From: an uncultured bacterium
GTDB lineage: Bacteria > Zixibacteria > MSB-5A5 > GN15 > FEB-12
Assembly (NCBI GenBank): GCA_965372795.1
Contig: CBDVDR010000003.1
Location: forward strand, 64,001-128,000
Direction: 5' to 3'
Length of the DNA: 64,000 nt
Part shown: in pieces, positions 8,511 to 18,592 of the stretch
Numbering within the stretch: the stretch's first letter is position 1
How the letters are laid out: every line of letters starts with the position of its first letter
Notes under the pieces: model-generated
The model's database searches: none
Told to the model about the DNA's origin: nothing
Seen by the model: only the letters and a program-made list of their open reading frames with translations
Translations under genes and position numbers: made by a program

Positions 8511-11500
8511 TTAGACCATTTTACTAATTGTTTTGGAAAAATATTGATAATAACAGGAGTTGATTATTTTTTTCCAGCTATCTTTTCCGTTATCGATAAT
8601 GTATTGATGACTGATGTCTGAGATAATCCTGTTGGCTTTGTCTTTAAATGAGTTGTCATTTTCATAAAGCCGTACTGAAGACTTCAAAATTAACTCAAAA
8701 ACATTCTGTTGCTGGCCATATGAAAGTGTTTCGTGATAACAACTAATGGCGTCGGATAGGTTGTTCCTCAAGCGATTTGTTTCTCCTTTAATAAAACCAA
8801 TTTCGTTCATAACGAGAATTGAATTAATACTAACCGCTTTTTCCATGGTTTGATCAATTAGGTAATTGATTTCATCTAGATACCGCTCTCCAATAAACAG
8901 TCTACACAAACCTATTGCTGAGCGCATGAAATATTCTGATGAATCAATTTCGTTTGCAAGCTTAATAGCTTCCTTATATTTAATTTTCGCTTTATCAATA
9001 TTTCCGGTATAGAATAAAACCTCACCCAAACGAATCTGACATTCGGCAAAGAGCTCTTTGTCATCAACTTCTTTTGCGAACTTAATTACTTCGAGAAATT
9101 TCGCTTCGGCATCTTCATGCTTCCCTTCGATTAAATCAATATCGCCCAGATTCCCAATTACATAATTGTGGGCATGCGTATCATTAAGTCGGGTAAATAT
9201 TTTGTCAGCGTGTAAGATTAGTTTTCGGGATGAACTGAAACGGCCCAGAATTTTTTGTATGCTTGACAGATTTCCGGAAACATAAGCCTCATCGCGGCGA
9301 TCGCCAATCTGTTTTGTTATTTCCAGAGCATGTCTCATTAATTGTTCGGCTTCCAAAAAATCTCCCTGCTCCCATTTAATTATAGCTAAATTATTAGATG
9401 TTTGTGAATGTACAATCATCCCATTGACATCTTTTCCATATTGTAAACTAAGTTCATAATTTTCTGCTGCCTCATTAAGTTTTCCTTCACCCCACAATGC
9501 CAGACCAAGTTTATTATAAGCATCAGACAGACCTTGGTAATCATCGATGTCTTTGTAAGAATTAATAGATTGTTGGCAACACTCTTGAGCCATTGTAAAA
9601 TTCCCGGAACGCCTCTCTACTTCGGCTAGTATTGTATGAATCCGAGCTGTCAATTTAGAATAATCTTGAATATCTGGGTATTTTAATACGTTTTCTAAAG
9701 CTTCCCGGCATTCATTATATTTTGATTGTTGCCAATCGAGTTGTGCTTTTTCAATAATTGCCGATGTTTTTTGGGAATCGTTATTATCTTTCTCAGCTAA
9801 TTCCTTCCAGGATTTTATCAACTTGTATGCCTTGTCCAAATCACCTTCCAAAACAAGGTATGAACTATAACTCTCATAGTAGTTATAAATATCAGAAGTT
9901 TGGATATCGTTATGTTCTATTGATTCGAGCGAGACTTCACATTGTTTAAACATACGTGATGCTTCACTAAGAGAGAATAGACGGAGAGCATCTTTAGCAG
10001 TTATGAGTGAAAAGGTATATGCTTTCTGCCATTGCTTGGATTTGAAGTAATGATTTGCCAATACTGCAGGAGAGAATGTTGCTTCAGATGATTCGTAGTA
10101 ATTGGCCACTTTCCTATGAGAAGTCAGTAGAAATGATTCGGGAAGGCAAGAGTAAATTATTGTTTGGAATTTTTTATCTGCGAAACTGAATAGTCTGTTT
10201 TCAGAATCGTACTCCAATACTTCATCCTTTTCCAAATTATCAAGCTTATTCCTCAAAGCATTCTTATCTTTATTATCAGTGGTGGTGCTTAATGCGTCCA
10301 AGCTGAACATAGTTTCAAATACAGCAGCCGATTTCAGCAATCTCTTATCAAGTTCGGGTAAAAGATCGAATCTCGAAAGATATATGTCATTAATGTTGGC
10401 AGGTATTTCTGCATCATCAAATGACTCAATTAATTCATACTTGCCAGTAAAGCTGTTTAGTTCAAGTTTGTCCTGTTTATGTAGATGATTAATAAACTCG
10501 GATATGAATTGAGGATTACTTTTCGATATATCGACTAGTTTTTCTGTAAGTTCTAATTCTCTTTTGCCATCACCAAATTGATTTTTAAAATAACTCATCC
10601 ATTCACTGTCAGTGGGTGGGGCTAATTTTAGATGCGTTATTTTTGTGTTCGATAGTTTGCCGATATTCGTATCATCTCTTAAAATTAGGATGAAAATTCC
10701 AGGAAATTGTTTAGGCGAATTTAACAGATGAAGAAGAAACTGTCTTGAATAGTCATTAATTTGATCAAAATCATCAATGATGACAACAACTGGATCAGTA
10801 ACAATTGAAGCTGTCAGCATGCTATAGAGTCCAATGGTCTTCTGATTTTTTTGTTTTTGTGATAAACCTTTACTCCAAATATTATCTTCAACTGGAACAT
10901 CAATAAAATCGCCGATCAGGGGAAGCCATTTTGATTCTATAATTTCAATTGCAAAATCTTTAAGTGATTGATAATGTTTTTTTTGAAAAATCGAGAATAG
11001 GTCATTGAGTAATTTTTTAAGAATCCAGTTTTCACCATATAGAAATGAACGACGTCCCTCAATTGTTATAGAGGGGATTTCATCATTACTTCTGATTGCA
11101 CTTTCAACCAGTGTGCTTTTTCCAACGCCAGCCTCACCGGTAATAACCATTCTCTTAATTTGCGATAAAGGAGTGGGGCTCATAAACCTTTTTAATTGTT
11201 GGTATTCTGTTTTCTGACCGATGATAGTATCGCTTTCGGTATGGCAACTTATCAGTTCGATGATCTCCCGAAATTGATGACATAAAACTTCATTACCGAT
11301 TCCCTTGAGAGATAATTTTTTATTATCAGTTTTGATATTTTCTGGTAGTATCATTCGTAGCTCATTATCTATCAGAACCTGTCCCCAAGATGCGTTAGCC
11401 ATTAATCGTGCGGACATATTAGCTGCCTCACCCATGACAGTATATTCTTTTCGTTTATCTGTTCCAACATCACCACAAAACAGCGAGCCGTTCGCAAGTC

Positions 11501-12566
11501 CAATTTTCAGGTCAAAATCAACATCAATAAGTCCCAGTAATTTTGTGGCACAATGCAAAGCATTCAGTTCATCATCTTCACGCTTTTTAGGAGCACCGAA
11601 TAAAACCAGTAATTTATGACCGTCATAAAAGGGATCAATTCGGGTGATACTCCCGCCGCTTTGAGATATGATTTCAAAAACAGATAAGAGCTTTTTATTG
11701 ATTAATTTTATTTCGTAATCAGCTTGTTCCAATTCATGGTTAACAGATGATCTAAAGTTGGCAAATAGAACCGTCACATCACGAAATTCGGATTGTGAAA
11801 TTTTCATTTTGGAAGTTATTTTGGCTCTTTCTATAAGGTCTTTAGGAAGATACTGTTCGAGTCGCACATCGTGATACATTTCTTCTTCTGAAGATGTTTG
11901 TTTGGAAATGAATATGTCCTTAGAAAACTCTTCAGTATTCTCCAAGAGATAGAAACCATCTTCTACTTGAGATAGTGAGTCATATTGTGGTAACACGCAG
12001 GCAAGATTTTTTCCTATAACCATTTGATTTATTTTGGCAAGGTCACAGGCGTGCATAACATCAGTAATCATTGAACCATAAGGTTCTGCTTCCAATCTAT
12101 AATTTACTTTACCCATTGATGCCAGACTAAAGGAACCTATCTCTGCTCCAATATGAATTTTTAAAGGAGAGTTTTGTAAATCTGATGAAGTCTTATTCAA
12201 ATTTTCGACAGTGCTTAGGGCATGATGAAAAAACTTAGTTATATCAACCGTTTTTGGAAAATATATCCAAACGGCATCTCCGGCAAACTTGAGAATATCT
12301 CCCTGATAATGAAATATCAAATCTGAGACTGATTTAAAAAACTCATTAAGAATATGTGTCAATTTTTCAGGACCAAGTTTTTTATCAATGGATAATTTGC
12401 GAGTAAGCTCTGTGAATCCGGAAGCATCCAGACAGGCTACAATGCCTTCATGGTGAGTGAAATTGTGAAACTTTCCCGATAGGGAATTACTATACCACTC
12501 TATTAATATCTGAGGTAGATGAGGATTAACAAATGCCTTCGCATTGGAAATTTGTTTAACCACCAT
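8511..12566 (-). CDS. Class III adenylate/guanylate cyclase (two cyclase domains) + STAND-type ATPase + TPR repeats
   Basis: LDASGFTELT, GDILKFAGDA, LFGAP, EYTVMGEAANMSARLM; Walker A GEAGVGKST and Walker B VIIDD; C-terminal TPRs. Confidence 0.88.
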   Translation of the reverse strand: MVVKQISNAKAFVNPHLPQILIEWYSNSLSGKFHNFTHHEGIVACLDASGFTELTRKLSIDKKLGPEKLTHILNEFFKSVSDLIFHYQGDILKFAGDAVWIYFPKTVDITKFFHHALSTVENLNKTSSDLQNSPLKIHIGAEIGSFSLASMGKVNYRLEAEPYGSMITDVMHACDLAKINQMVIGKNLACVLPQYDSLSQVEDGFYLLENTEEFSKDIFISKQTSSEEEMYHDVRLEQYLPKDLIERAKITSKMKISQSEFRDVTVLFANFRSSVNHELEQADYEIKLINKKLLSVFEIISQSGGSITRIDPFYDGHKLLVLFGAPKKREDDELNALHCATKLLGLIDVDFDLKIGLANGSLFCGDVGTDKRKEYTVMGEAANMSARLMANASWGQVLIDNELRMILPENIKTDNKKLSLKGIGNEVLCHQFREIIELISCHTESDTIIGQKTEYQQLKRFMSPTPLSQIKRMVITGEAGVGKSTLVESAIRSNDEIPSITIEGRRSFLYGENWILKKLLNDLFSIFQKKHYQSLKDFAIEIIESKWLPLIGDFIDVPVEDNIWSKGLSQKQKNQKTIGLYSMLTASIVTDPVVVIIDDFDQINDYSRQFLLHLLNSPKQFPGIFILILRDDTNIGKLSNTKITHLKLAPPTDSEWMSYFKNQFGDGKRELELTEKLVDISKSNPQFISEFINHLHKQDKLELNSFTGKYELIESFDDAEIPANINDIYLSRFDLLPELDKRLLKSAAVFETMFSLDALSTTTDNKDKNALRNKLDNLEKDEVLEYDSENRLFSFADKKFQTIIYSCLPESFLLTSHRKVANYYESSEATFSPAVLANHYFKSKQWQKAYTFSLITAKDALRLFSLSEASRMFKQCEVSLESIEHNDIQTSDIYNYYESYSSYLVLEGDLDKAYKLIKSWKELAEKDNNDSQKTSAIIEKAQLDWQQSKYNECREALENVLKYPDIQDYSKLTARIHTILAEVERRSGNFTMAQECCQQSINSYKDIDDYQGLSDAYNKLGLALWGEGKLNEAAENYELSLQYGKDVNGMIVHSQTSNNLAIIKWEQGDFLEAEQLMRHALEITKQIGDRRDEAYVSGNLSSIQKILGRFSSSRKLILHADKIFTRLNDTHAHNYVIGNLGDIDLIEGKHEDAEAKFLEVIKFAKEVDDKELFAECQIRLGEVLFYTGNIDKAKIKYKEAIKLANEIDSSEYFMRSAIGLCRLFIGERYLDEINYLIDQTMEKAVSINSILVMNEIGFIKGETNRLRNNLSDAISCYHETLSYGQQQNVFELILKSSVRLYENDNSFKDKANRIISDISHQYIIDNGKDSWKKIINSCYYQYFSKTISKMV

Positions 12567-12915
12567 AAATATATATCCTGATGACTAAAAGTGTCATAAT
12601 ATGAATAGCCTGATCCAAATAATAAGCTTGCTTGCTGTTATTAAATTTCTGGGACTTAATAAAATCCTGAATCCAATGAATTACATAAACGCCTACCATT
12701 ACCAGAAGTGTTGTCAGGCTCATGAAGCTATTATTCTCATGAAGGCTAAGTCCATACGCCAGAAATAAAGTCAGAACAATAATGTAAATTAATACATGCA
12801 AAGACAAAAATACTTTTGATTTGCCCTTGTTCTTAGCCATATTATCCGACTGTAGGGCAAAGTCGCCTATATAGTGTCCAAATAATAAAATGAGTAGTAA
12901 ATCCGGCACAATCAC
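12556..12915 (-). CDS. DUF3307-type membrane protein
   Basis: HYIGDFALQ, HVLIY, HWIQD, DQAIH motif series in a small 4-TM protein. Confidence 0.8.
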   Translation of the reverse strand: MIVPDLLLILLFGHYIGDFALQSDNMAKNKGKSKVFLSLHVLIYIIVLTLFLAYGLSLHENNSFMSLTTLLVMVGVYVIHWIQDFIKSQKFNNSKQAYYLDQAIHIMTLLVIRIYIYGG

Positions 12916-12924
12916 TCCATCAAT

Positions 12925-14397
12925 TTACGGTAAACGAATTATAATAACTGGGTAATTATCTTTATTATTTTCTATCACAAATTCTCCCTCATGATGATGA
13001 ATTATCTGCTCAATATAATCCCAGCCAAAAATGCTATACTGGTTTAAAGCTTTTCTGACATTTTCAGGTTCCAAAATAGCAAGATGGGGAATAATTCTGA
13101 TTTCAGAAAATCTACTATCCGGCGAACGGCATAAGTCGATTTTTATTGAATATTGAATATCCTTTTCTAAGTTGAGCAAAGCGTCCGAAGCCGAGTTTAG
13201 TAAACTAAATATCATATTCTGAAGTGATACCTCATTCATATGAACTCGACTCGGAAAATCTTTATGCACATCCAGACTAAATTCAATATTTTCAACTTCC
13301 TTCATCGACTGCCAATGTTTCAGAATGGTCTTCATCAAAACACGAATATCTATAAATGTAAAATTTGATTCTGTTTTATAAGTGTCAACTAAATGACGGG
13401 AATCATTTTTCAGATCCATGATAGTGCAGTTGACTTCTCGATTGGAACTTTCGATACCTTTGGTATCGTTATCTGAAATATCTTTTGACAAATTATCAAT
13501 ATTACTTTTGAGGATATCTATCTCGACAAAAAACTGTTTAGCCAATTCATAGGTAGATTGCTTGGTATTTAAATACCGGTCTTCAATTGCTTTAATACTT
13601 GTAAATCCCGAAATTTCTGTCAAGTCCTGTCCCATTACGAGATAGAGTAATTCGTCTCTATAGGTTGTTAAAATGGTACAGGTCAAAAACGCCGGAAATT
13701 CCTCGCCGACCCGCAAGCCGTTTACTTTACCACTCCAGGTGTTTTGCAATTCCTGCTGACAGTCTGAAAAATTGAAATGACTGAAAAGGTCATCAATTTT
13801 ATATTTTTTATCTTTATTGAGGCCAAATATCCTGATGGCTGACTTATTCATATTAAAAATGTCGCCAGATTTAGTTACGAGAAGAATTGCTGATGGTGAT
13901 TGATCAATTACCGAATCAAGAAAACAGTTGAGTTCATTCAATCTTTGATTGGTTTCCGTTAGCTCAAGATTATTCTTCTCAAGATCCATTACTCTTGATG
14001 AATCAGACTCGCGTAGCTTGTTACTTAAACTCTCTAGGACATTTATTGCAAATGAGGGTTTTTCCTTGATGATTTTTTCAAAATTACTCTTGGTTATCTC
14101 CAGAACTTCACAAGCAGTCTTGGATATGACAGATGCAAATCGTGGAGACTCTTCAACCAAGGCCATCTCGCCAATGAATTCACCGGCACTACGAGTTGCA
14201 ATTGTTACTGGCTGGTTTGTTTCTGAGCTTAATTTAGTGATTTTAACATCGCCCCTAAGGATTAATAACATGGTAGTACCAATATTACCCTCAGAAAATA
14301 TTATATCACCCGGACTGTATTTCGAGTATTTTCCGGCTAACTTAACCAGAAATAAATCAAGTGTGGAATTTTCCAACCAAGTTTCTTCATTATTCAT
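12925..14397 (-). CDS. cNMP-binding + PAS + degenerate histidine-kinase-like protein
   Basis: GEFIGEMALVEESPRFASV (cNMP), coiled coil, PAS-like IDQSPSAILL. The HATPase-like tail lacks a clear H-box and G-boxes. Confidence 0.75.
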   Translation of the reverse strand: MNNEETWLENSTLDLFLVKLAGKYSKYSPGDIIFSEGNIGTTMLLILRGDVKITKLSSETNQPVTIATRSAGEFIGEMALVEESPRFASVISKTACEVLEITKSNFEKIIKEKPSFAINVLESLSNKLRESDSSRVMDLEKNNLELTETNQRLNELNCFLDSVIDQSPSAILLVTKSGDIFNMNKSAIRIFGLNKDKKYKIDDLFSHFNFSDCQQELQNTWSGKVNGLRVGEEFPAFLTCTILTTYRDELLYLVMGQDLTEISGFTSIKAIEDRYLNTKQSTYELAKQFFVEIDILKSNIDNLSKDISDNDTKGIESSNREVNCTIMDLKNDSRHLVDTYKTESNFTFIDIRVLMKTILKHWQSMKEVENIEFSLDVHKDFPSRVHMNEVSLQNMIFSLLNSASDALLNLEKDIQYSIKIDLCRSPDSRFSEIRIIPHLAILEPENVRKALNQYSIFGWDYIEQIIHHHEGEFVIENNKDNYPVIIIRLP

Positions 14398-14484
14398 ATA
14401 TCAATTATCGACAATATCTTAGGGATAATTAGTGAATAATCATTTGAGTAACTTCAAGACTTCAACAGATAAAGGAGAACAATT

Positions 14485-14715
14485 ATGTTTGAAGACTATT
14501 AGTTGCCATAATAATTGTATGTGTCTTAATACCTCTTTCTTTGTTGGCTACACTTTCACCAGCTTCACACCCTCTTTTCGATGACTATGCCGTTCATGAA
14601 ATACACTTGACTTTTCATCAAATTGATTGGTGAGATTCGCTTGTAATTAACTACGAAGGTTATTCAGATCAACCATACTTAGAAGCGGAATTCAGCTGGG
14701 TTGATATCAACCAAA
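14485..14715 (+). pseudogene. N-terminal remnant of a secreted protein resembling CotH-family N-termini
   Basis: AAGGAG RBS + ATG, then a frameshift. The shifted frame reads signal peptide then HPLFDDYAVHEIHLTFHQIDW*DSLVINYEGYSDQPYLEAEFSW, with an in-frame TGA. Confidence 0.55.
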
Positions 14716-14790
14716 GCGAGTAGTTATCCAAGCTGGAGTCCGTATGTTTATATCTTGAATAATCCATTGAAGAATAATGATCCAGATAGA
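14716..14790 (+). pseudogene. RHS repeat-associated core remnant
   Basis: Translates as SYPSWSPYVYILNNPLKNNDPD, matching the RHS core end motif PYxYxxNNPxxxxDPxG. Confidence 0.6.
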
Positions 14791-14846
14791 GCCTATACGG
14801 TAAATTATAGACGTGCTTTGCTATCAAATGGGCGTTTTGAGACTAT

Positions 14847-15019
14847 TTTTTCTAACAATTTTCTAACAAACTACTTCACTGAAGTTAACTCAACTTGATC
14901 GAACTTAACCCAACTTGACTCTACTTAAGGTTTCACATTTCATCTGATTACGGCTATTTTTATGCCATTCAAGAAGTTGTCGAAAATGCCATGCGTCGAA
15001 TCCCTGCCTCTCCGCATAC
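14847..15019 (+). repeat. att-like island end, copy 1: CTAACAA direct repeats + tRNA-Ser 3' fragment
   Basis: 14996-15019 is identical to 7440-7463 (TCGAATCCCTGCCTCTCCGCATAC). The upstream ~150 bp is homologous to 19113-19252. Confidence 0.85.
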
Positions 15020-15105
15020 TTCGTATGTTTTACACTGGCGAAACAGGTCAGGGCTTTTTCATGCTTAAAATCATATAAGTTCGATATGTCTCCCAAGTAG
15101 CCGCT
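15015..15105 (+). repeat. ~90 bp module, near-identical to 16306-16398
   Basis: CATAC.TCGTATGTTTT.C.CTGGCGAAA...TCAGGGCTTTTTCATGCTT.AAATCATATAAGTTCGATATGT.TCC.AAGTAG..CGCT occurs at both places. Confidence 0.85.
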
Positions 15106-15369
15106 TTATTTAATAAGCTTTATTAATTTGATAATTCCCCAAATTATTATTAAGATTTTTCATAATTATATGTTAGATATCTGTCCAAAATTCTTCCCTT
15201 TTTAATATTTCATTTTAAAAGGTTTACAATTGGTAGAGAATAAATTACGTTGAAAATCTAGATTTTGTTAGAGGTTAATTCACCTAAGAATTATTTTCTC
15301 AACCACAAAATGCAGAAGAGTACCCATGCTAAGCAACAGGGTATAGTACGAGGGTATATAAATGTAAAC

Positions 15370-15391
15370 TGTCGAGTGATATTACTCGACA
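15370..15391. promoter_or_regulatory. Operator-like palindrome upstream of the nitroreductase gene
   Basis: TGTCGAGT-N6-ACTCGACA. Confidence 0.4.
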
Positions 15392-15414
15392 ATAATTTAT
15401 ATGAAAGGGAGGTT

Positions 15415-16125
15415 ATGAAAAATCCAATCTATTTTCTTTTGATTACACTTATGTGTGGATATTGTCTTTCATTTTCTCAAGATGCAAACTCTCAAAAATC
15501 TGAGATTGTCAAATTACCCCAGCCGAAATATGACAGTGATATTTCAGTTGAAAAAGCCCTATTAAATCGGCGTTCCATCAGGTCATATTCGCAAACGCCA
15601 ATGACAATTGAACAAATTTCACAGCTTTTGTGGTCGGCGTATGGTATTACTAAAATAGATAGTTCTCAAGAATACTATCGAGGTGGTTTTAGAACAGCAC
15701 CTTCGGCAGGAGCACTGTATCCATTGGAAATCTATATTGTTGCCGGAAATGTTTCCGGATTGCAAAAAGGAATATACAAGTACAATTCTGTCAAACATCA
15801 TCTTGAAATGGTTGTATCCAGCGATAAAAGAGATGAACTCAGTAAAGCAATCGTTAAAGGCTACAGGATTCAAGAATCCTCTGTCGTAATAATTTACTCA
15901 GCAATATTTGAAAGAACAACGCAAAAATACGGACAGCGAGGTAGAGAGCGATATGTTTGGATTGAAGCCGGTCATTCAGCACAGAATTTGTATTTACAAT
16001 CGTATGCTTTGGGGGTTGGGATGTGTGTCAACGGAGCTTTTAATGATGAAGTTATTAGTGAAGTTTTGCAGCTTCCTGTAGGAGAAGAACCTGTTTATCT
16101 TATTACGGTGGGAGTTAAAAAATAA
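15415..16125 (+). CDS. SagB/ThcOx-family nitroreductase-fold dehydrogenase with N-terminal signal-like segment
   Basis: RRSIRSY, SQLLWSAYG, RTAPSAGALYPLE, EAGHSAQNLYL. ATG at 15415 follows GGGAGG. Confidence 0.88.
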   Translation: MKNPIYFLLITLMCGYCLSFSQDANSQKSEIVKLPQPKYDSDISVEKALLNRRSIRSYSQTPMTIEQISQLLWSAYGITKIDSSQEYYRGGFRTAPSAGALYPLEIYIVAGNVSGLQKGIYKYNSVKHHLEMVVSSDKRDELSKAIVKGYRIQESSVVIIYSAIFERTTQKYGQRGRERYVWIEAGHSAQNLYLQSYALGVGMCVNGAFNDEVISEVLQLPVGEEPVYLITVGVKK

Positions 16126-16211
16126 TCCTAACTTTTTTGATAAACAATACAGGTATATTGAAACCTAAACCTATAATTTCACGAAAGTTAGATATATATC
16201 ACAAGTTCCCC

Positions 16212-16310
16212 GCCATTAAATAATGGCTTTATCAAAATCAATATGATTTCTATGTATTTACTTTTCAGCAAATATAAAAGTTCGATATGTATCCCAAGTA
16301 GCCCGCATAC
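16212..16310 (+). repeat. ~100-110 bp module (GCCATT..AATGGC ... GTTCGATATGTATCCCAAGTAGCCCGCATAC); other copies at 18194-18297 and 19270-19373
   Basis: Direct sequence comparison. The latter two copies align along their whole length; this copy shares both ends. Confidence 0.75.
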
Positions 16311-16450
16311 ATCGTATGTTTTTCCCTGGCGAAATTTGATCAGGGCTTTTTCATGCTTGAAATCATATAAGTTCGATATGTATCCAAAGTAGCCCGCTAA
16401 TAAAGATTGCAGGTGTTTAATAATTGATATAAATTAAAGATGAGAGTTAA

Positions 16451-16479
16451 ATGGCAGGATCACAGGGATCCTGCCCTAT
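16451..16479 (-). repeat. REP-like hairpin type 1 (GTAG-GGCAGGATC-CCTGT-GATCCTGCC on minus strand); copies at 19421-19450, 21225-21254, 21373-21402
   Basis: Four copies of GATGGCAGGATCACAGGGATCCTGCCCTAC or close variants. Confidence 0.8.
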
Positions 16480-16511
16480 TTGAACTGGATAACCTTAAAC
16501 TAAAAAAAACT

Positions 16512-16886
16512 ATGAAAAACGAGAACAAACAAGATGAACGTATTGCAAAAATGATATTTGCTTCTGTATATCCACATTATCTTAATAAAATCGAGAAAAA
16601 AGGCAGAACAAAAGAAGAATTGCATCAAGTAATTGAGTGGTTAACCGGTTTTGACGAAAAAAAATTACAAAAGCTCGTTGAAAAAAAGGTAACTTTTGAA
16701 ATATTTTTTAAGAATGCTAATTTAAATTCTAATGCTCACCTTATTACTGGTGTTATCTGCGGTTATCGCGTGGAAGAAATCAAAAATCCGTTAACGCAAC
16801 AAGTAAGATATTTGGATAAGTTGATAGATGAATTGGCGAAAGGCCGAAAGATGGAGAAGATTTTGCGAGTTGATTCGAATATCTGA
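16512..16886 (+). CDS. DUF2200 family protein
   Basis: [52 protein letters not shown]. Start moved to ATG 16512 because the upstream extension overlaps a repeat. Confidence 0.88.
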   Translation: MKNENKQDERIAKMIFASVYPHYLNKIEKKGRTKEELHQVIEWLTGFDEKKLQKLVEKKVTFEIFFKNANLNSNAHLITGVICGYRVEEIKNPLTQQVRYLDKLIDELAKGRKMEKILRVDSNI

Positions 16887-16990
16887 TTAATGATTGGATA
16901 ACATTATAATTCAATTTCATAAGCTATACATAATCTATTAAATATAGCAGCTTACAAAATCAACTCTTTTGAATACATTCCACTCCGCAT

Positions 16991-17158
16991 ACTTCGTCAC
17001 GGTGAGTATGAATTCCCACAGTTCAATTTCAAGTACTTTAGATTAGTTGACATCAGGAAATGGGTTGCTTAAAATTGATAAGGATTATGAATGGTAAATG
17101 GGATAGATAGTAAGGGGCAGACGAGCACACGAAGTGTGGTTGGCGTCTGCCGCCCACG
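16991..17158 (+). repeat. 168 bp module ending in REP-like hairpin type 2; near-identical copy at 18360-18527, partial copy at 21265-21371
   Basis: ACTTCGTCACGGTGAGTATG...GGGGCAGACG..CGTCTGCCGCCCACG present at all sites. Confidence 0.9.
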
Positions 17159-17186
17159 GAAATCGTTATTATCTCGGAGGAAACAA

Positions 17187-18161
17187 TTGAAAGCTATCGT
17201 ACGCACCAAATACGGATCGCCGGATGTACTTGAACTACGGGAAATTGATAAGCCCGATCTGATGGACAATCAAGTACTCATAAGAGTGCATGCGGCGGCG
17301 GTGAACCCACTTGACTGGCACGTTCTTCGTGGCGAACCGTTTCTGGTACGACTAATGGGCTTTGGACTCCTGAAACCGAAACACCAGATACTCGGTGCCG
17401 ACATGGCTGGCCGGGTTGAGGCTGTTGGCAAGAATGTAATTCAGTTTAAGGCGGGTGACGAAGTCTTTGGCTCGAGCATGGGTGGATTTGCAGAATATGC
17501 GTGTGTTCGCGAGGACAAATTGGTGCTGAAGCCGACAGCCATGACTTTTGAGCAGGCGGCGGCCGTGCCATTAGCGGGAATTACGGCGTTACAGGCTCTT
17601 CGTGATCACGGACGACTGCAATCAGGACAACATGTCTTGATCAATGGCGCATCCGGTGGAGTGGGGACATTTGCGATACAGATAGCTAAGGTGCTAGGAG
17701 CGCAAGTAACCGGAGTGTGTAGCGGAAAAAACTTCGAGATGGTTCGGTCGATTGGCGCAGATCACCTGGTAGATTATAATAAAGAAGACTTCTGGTTGAG
17801 CGGGAAGGTGTACGATCTGATCGTAGACAATGCCGCATTTCATTCAATACGAAAGCCTCTGCGCGTGCTAAAAGCAACCGGTATATATGTCGGAGTTGGC
17901 GGTTCTTCATCAACTTCGAGTATTCTACAATCGCTGATTTTCAATCCTCTTATTGCAAGGATGAAGGATCGAAAAGTTATTTCATTTATGGCGAACCTGA
18001 ATCAGTTAGATTTGGTCTTCATAAAGGAGCTTTTGGAGGCCGGCAAAATAACGCCTGTAGTAGATAGGAAGTACCCTTTGAGTGAAACTCCTGAGGCACT
18101 ACGATATGTTGAAAAAGGACACGCACGAGGAAAAGTAGTCATTACCTTTGATGAGAAATAA
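17187..18161 (+). CDS. NAD(P)-dependent alcohol dehydrogenase / quinone oxidoreductase (MDR superfamily)
   Basis: AAAVNPLDW, VLINGASGGVGTFAIQIAK, GHARGKVVI. TTG start follows GGAGG. Confidence 0.9.
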   Translation: MKAIVRTKYGSPDVLELREIDKPDLMDNQVLIRVHAAAVNPLDWHVLRGEPFLVRLMGFGLLKPKHQILGADMAGRVEAVGKNVIQFKAGDEVFGSSMGGFAEYACVREDKLVLKPTAMTFEQAAAVPLAGITALQALRDHGRLQSGQHVLINGASGGVGTFAIQIAKVLGAQVTGVCSGKNFEMVRSIGADHLVDYNKEDFWLSGKVYDLIVDNAAFHSIRKPLRVLKATGIYVGVGGSSSTSSILQSLIFNPLIARMKDRKVISFMANLNQLDLVFIKELLEAGKITPVVDRKYPLSETPEALRYVEKGHARGKVVITFDEK

Positions 18162-18592
18162 CAGCAAAATTTTCTGAGAGTGAGGTCCACCCCGCCATTT
18201 TAAATGGCATGACCTGACGGCATATTGATAATGCTGTTTTTATATGTGAAAAATCCAACTATGTTGGTTCGATATGTATCCCAAGTAGCCCGCATACTTC
18301 GTATGCTTGATTCCTTCGGACTGCGGGGAGATATTTTATTAGAAATATGAATTTGAGAAACTTCGTCACGGTGAGTATGGATTCCCACGGTTCAATTTCA
18401 AGTACTTTAGATTAGTTGACAACAGGAAATAGGTTGCTTAAAATTGATAAGGAATATGAATGGTTGATGGGATAGATAGTAAGGGGCAGACGAGCACACG
18501 AAGTGTGGTTGACGTCTGCCGCCCACGAAATGTTAGTAGAGGAATTAATCGTGCACTTAATGGGGAATTTAATAAAATTGAGATAATTATTT

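Noticed and set aside
14659..14694. Stop-codon readthrough or recoding of the in-frame TGA near 14631
   Set aside because: Other genes end normally at TGA and the same fragment also has a frameshift, so decay is the simpler explanation.
15415..16125. RiPP (azole) biosynthetic cluster from the SagB-like gene
   Set aside because: No YcaO cyclodehydratase or precursor nearby; stand-alone nitroreductase-fold genes are common.
17091..17186. N-terminal extensions of ORF-track calls at 15265, 16440, 17091, 23713, 40027 and 45711
   Set aside because: They run through repeats or upstream DNA. Downstream starts fit family N-termini better and most follow a clear RBS.
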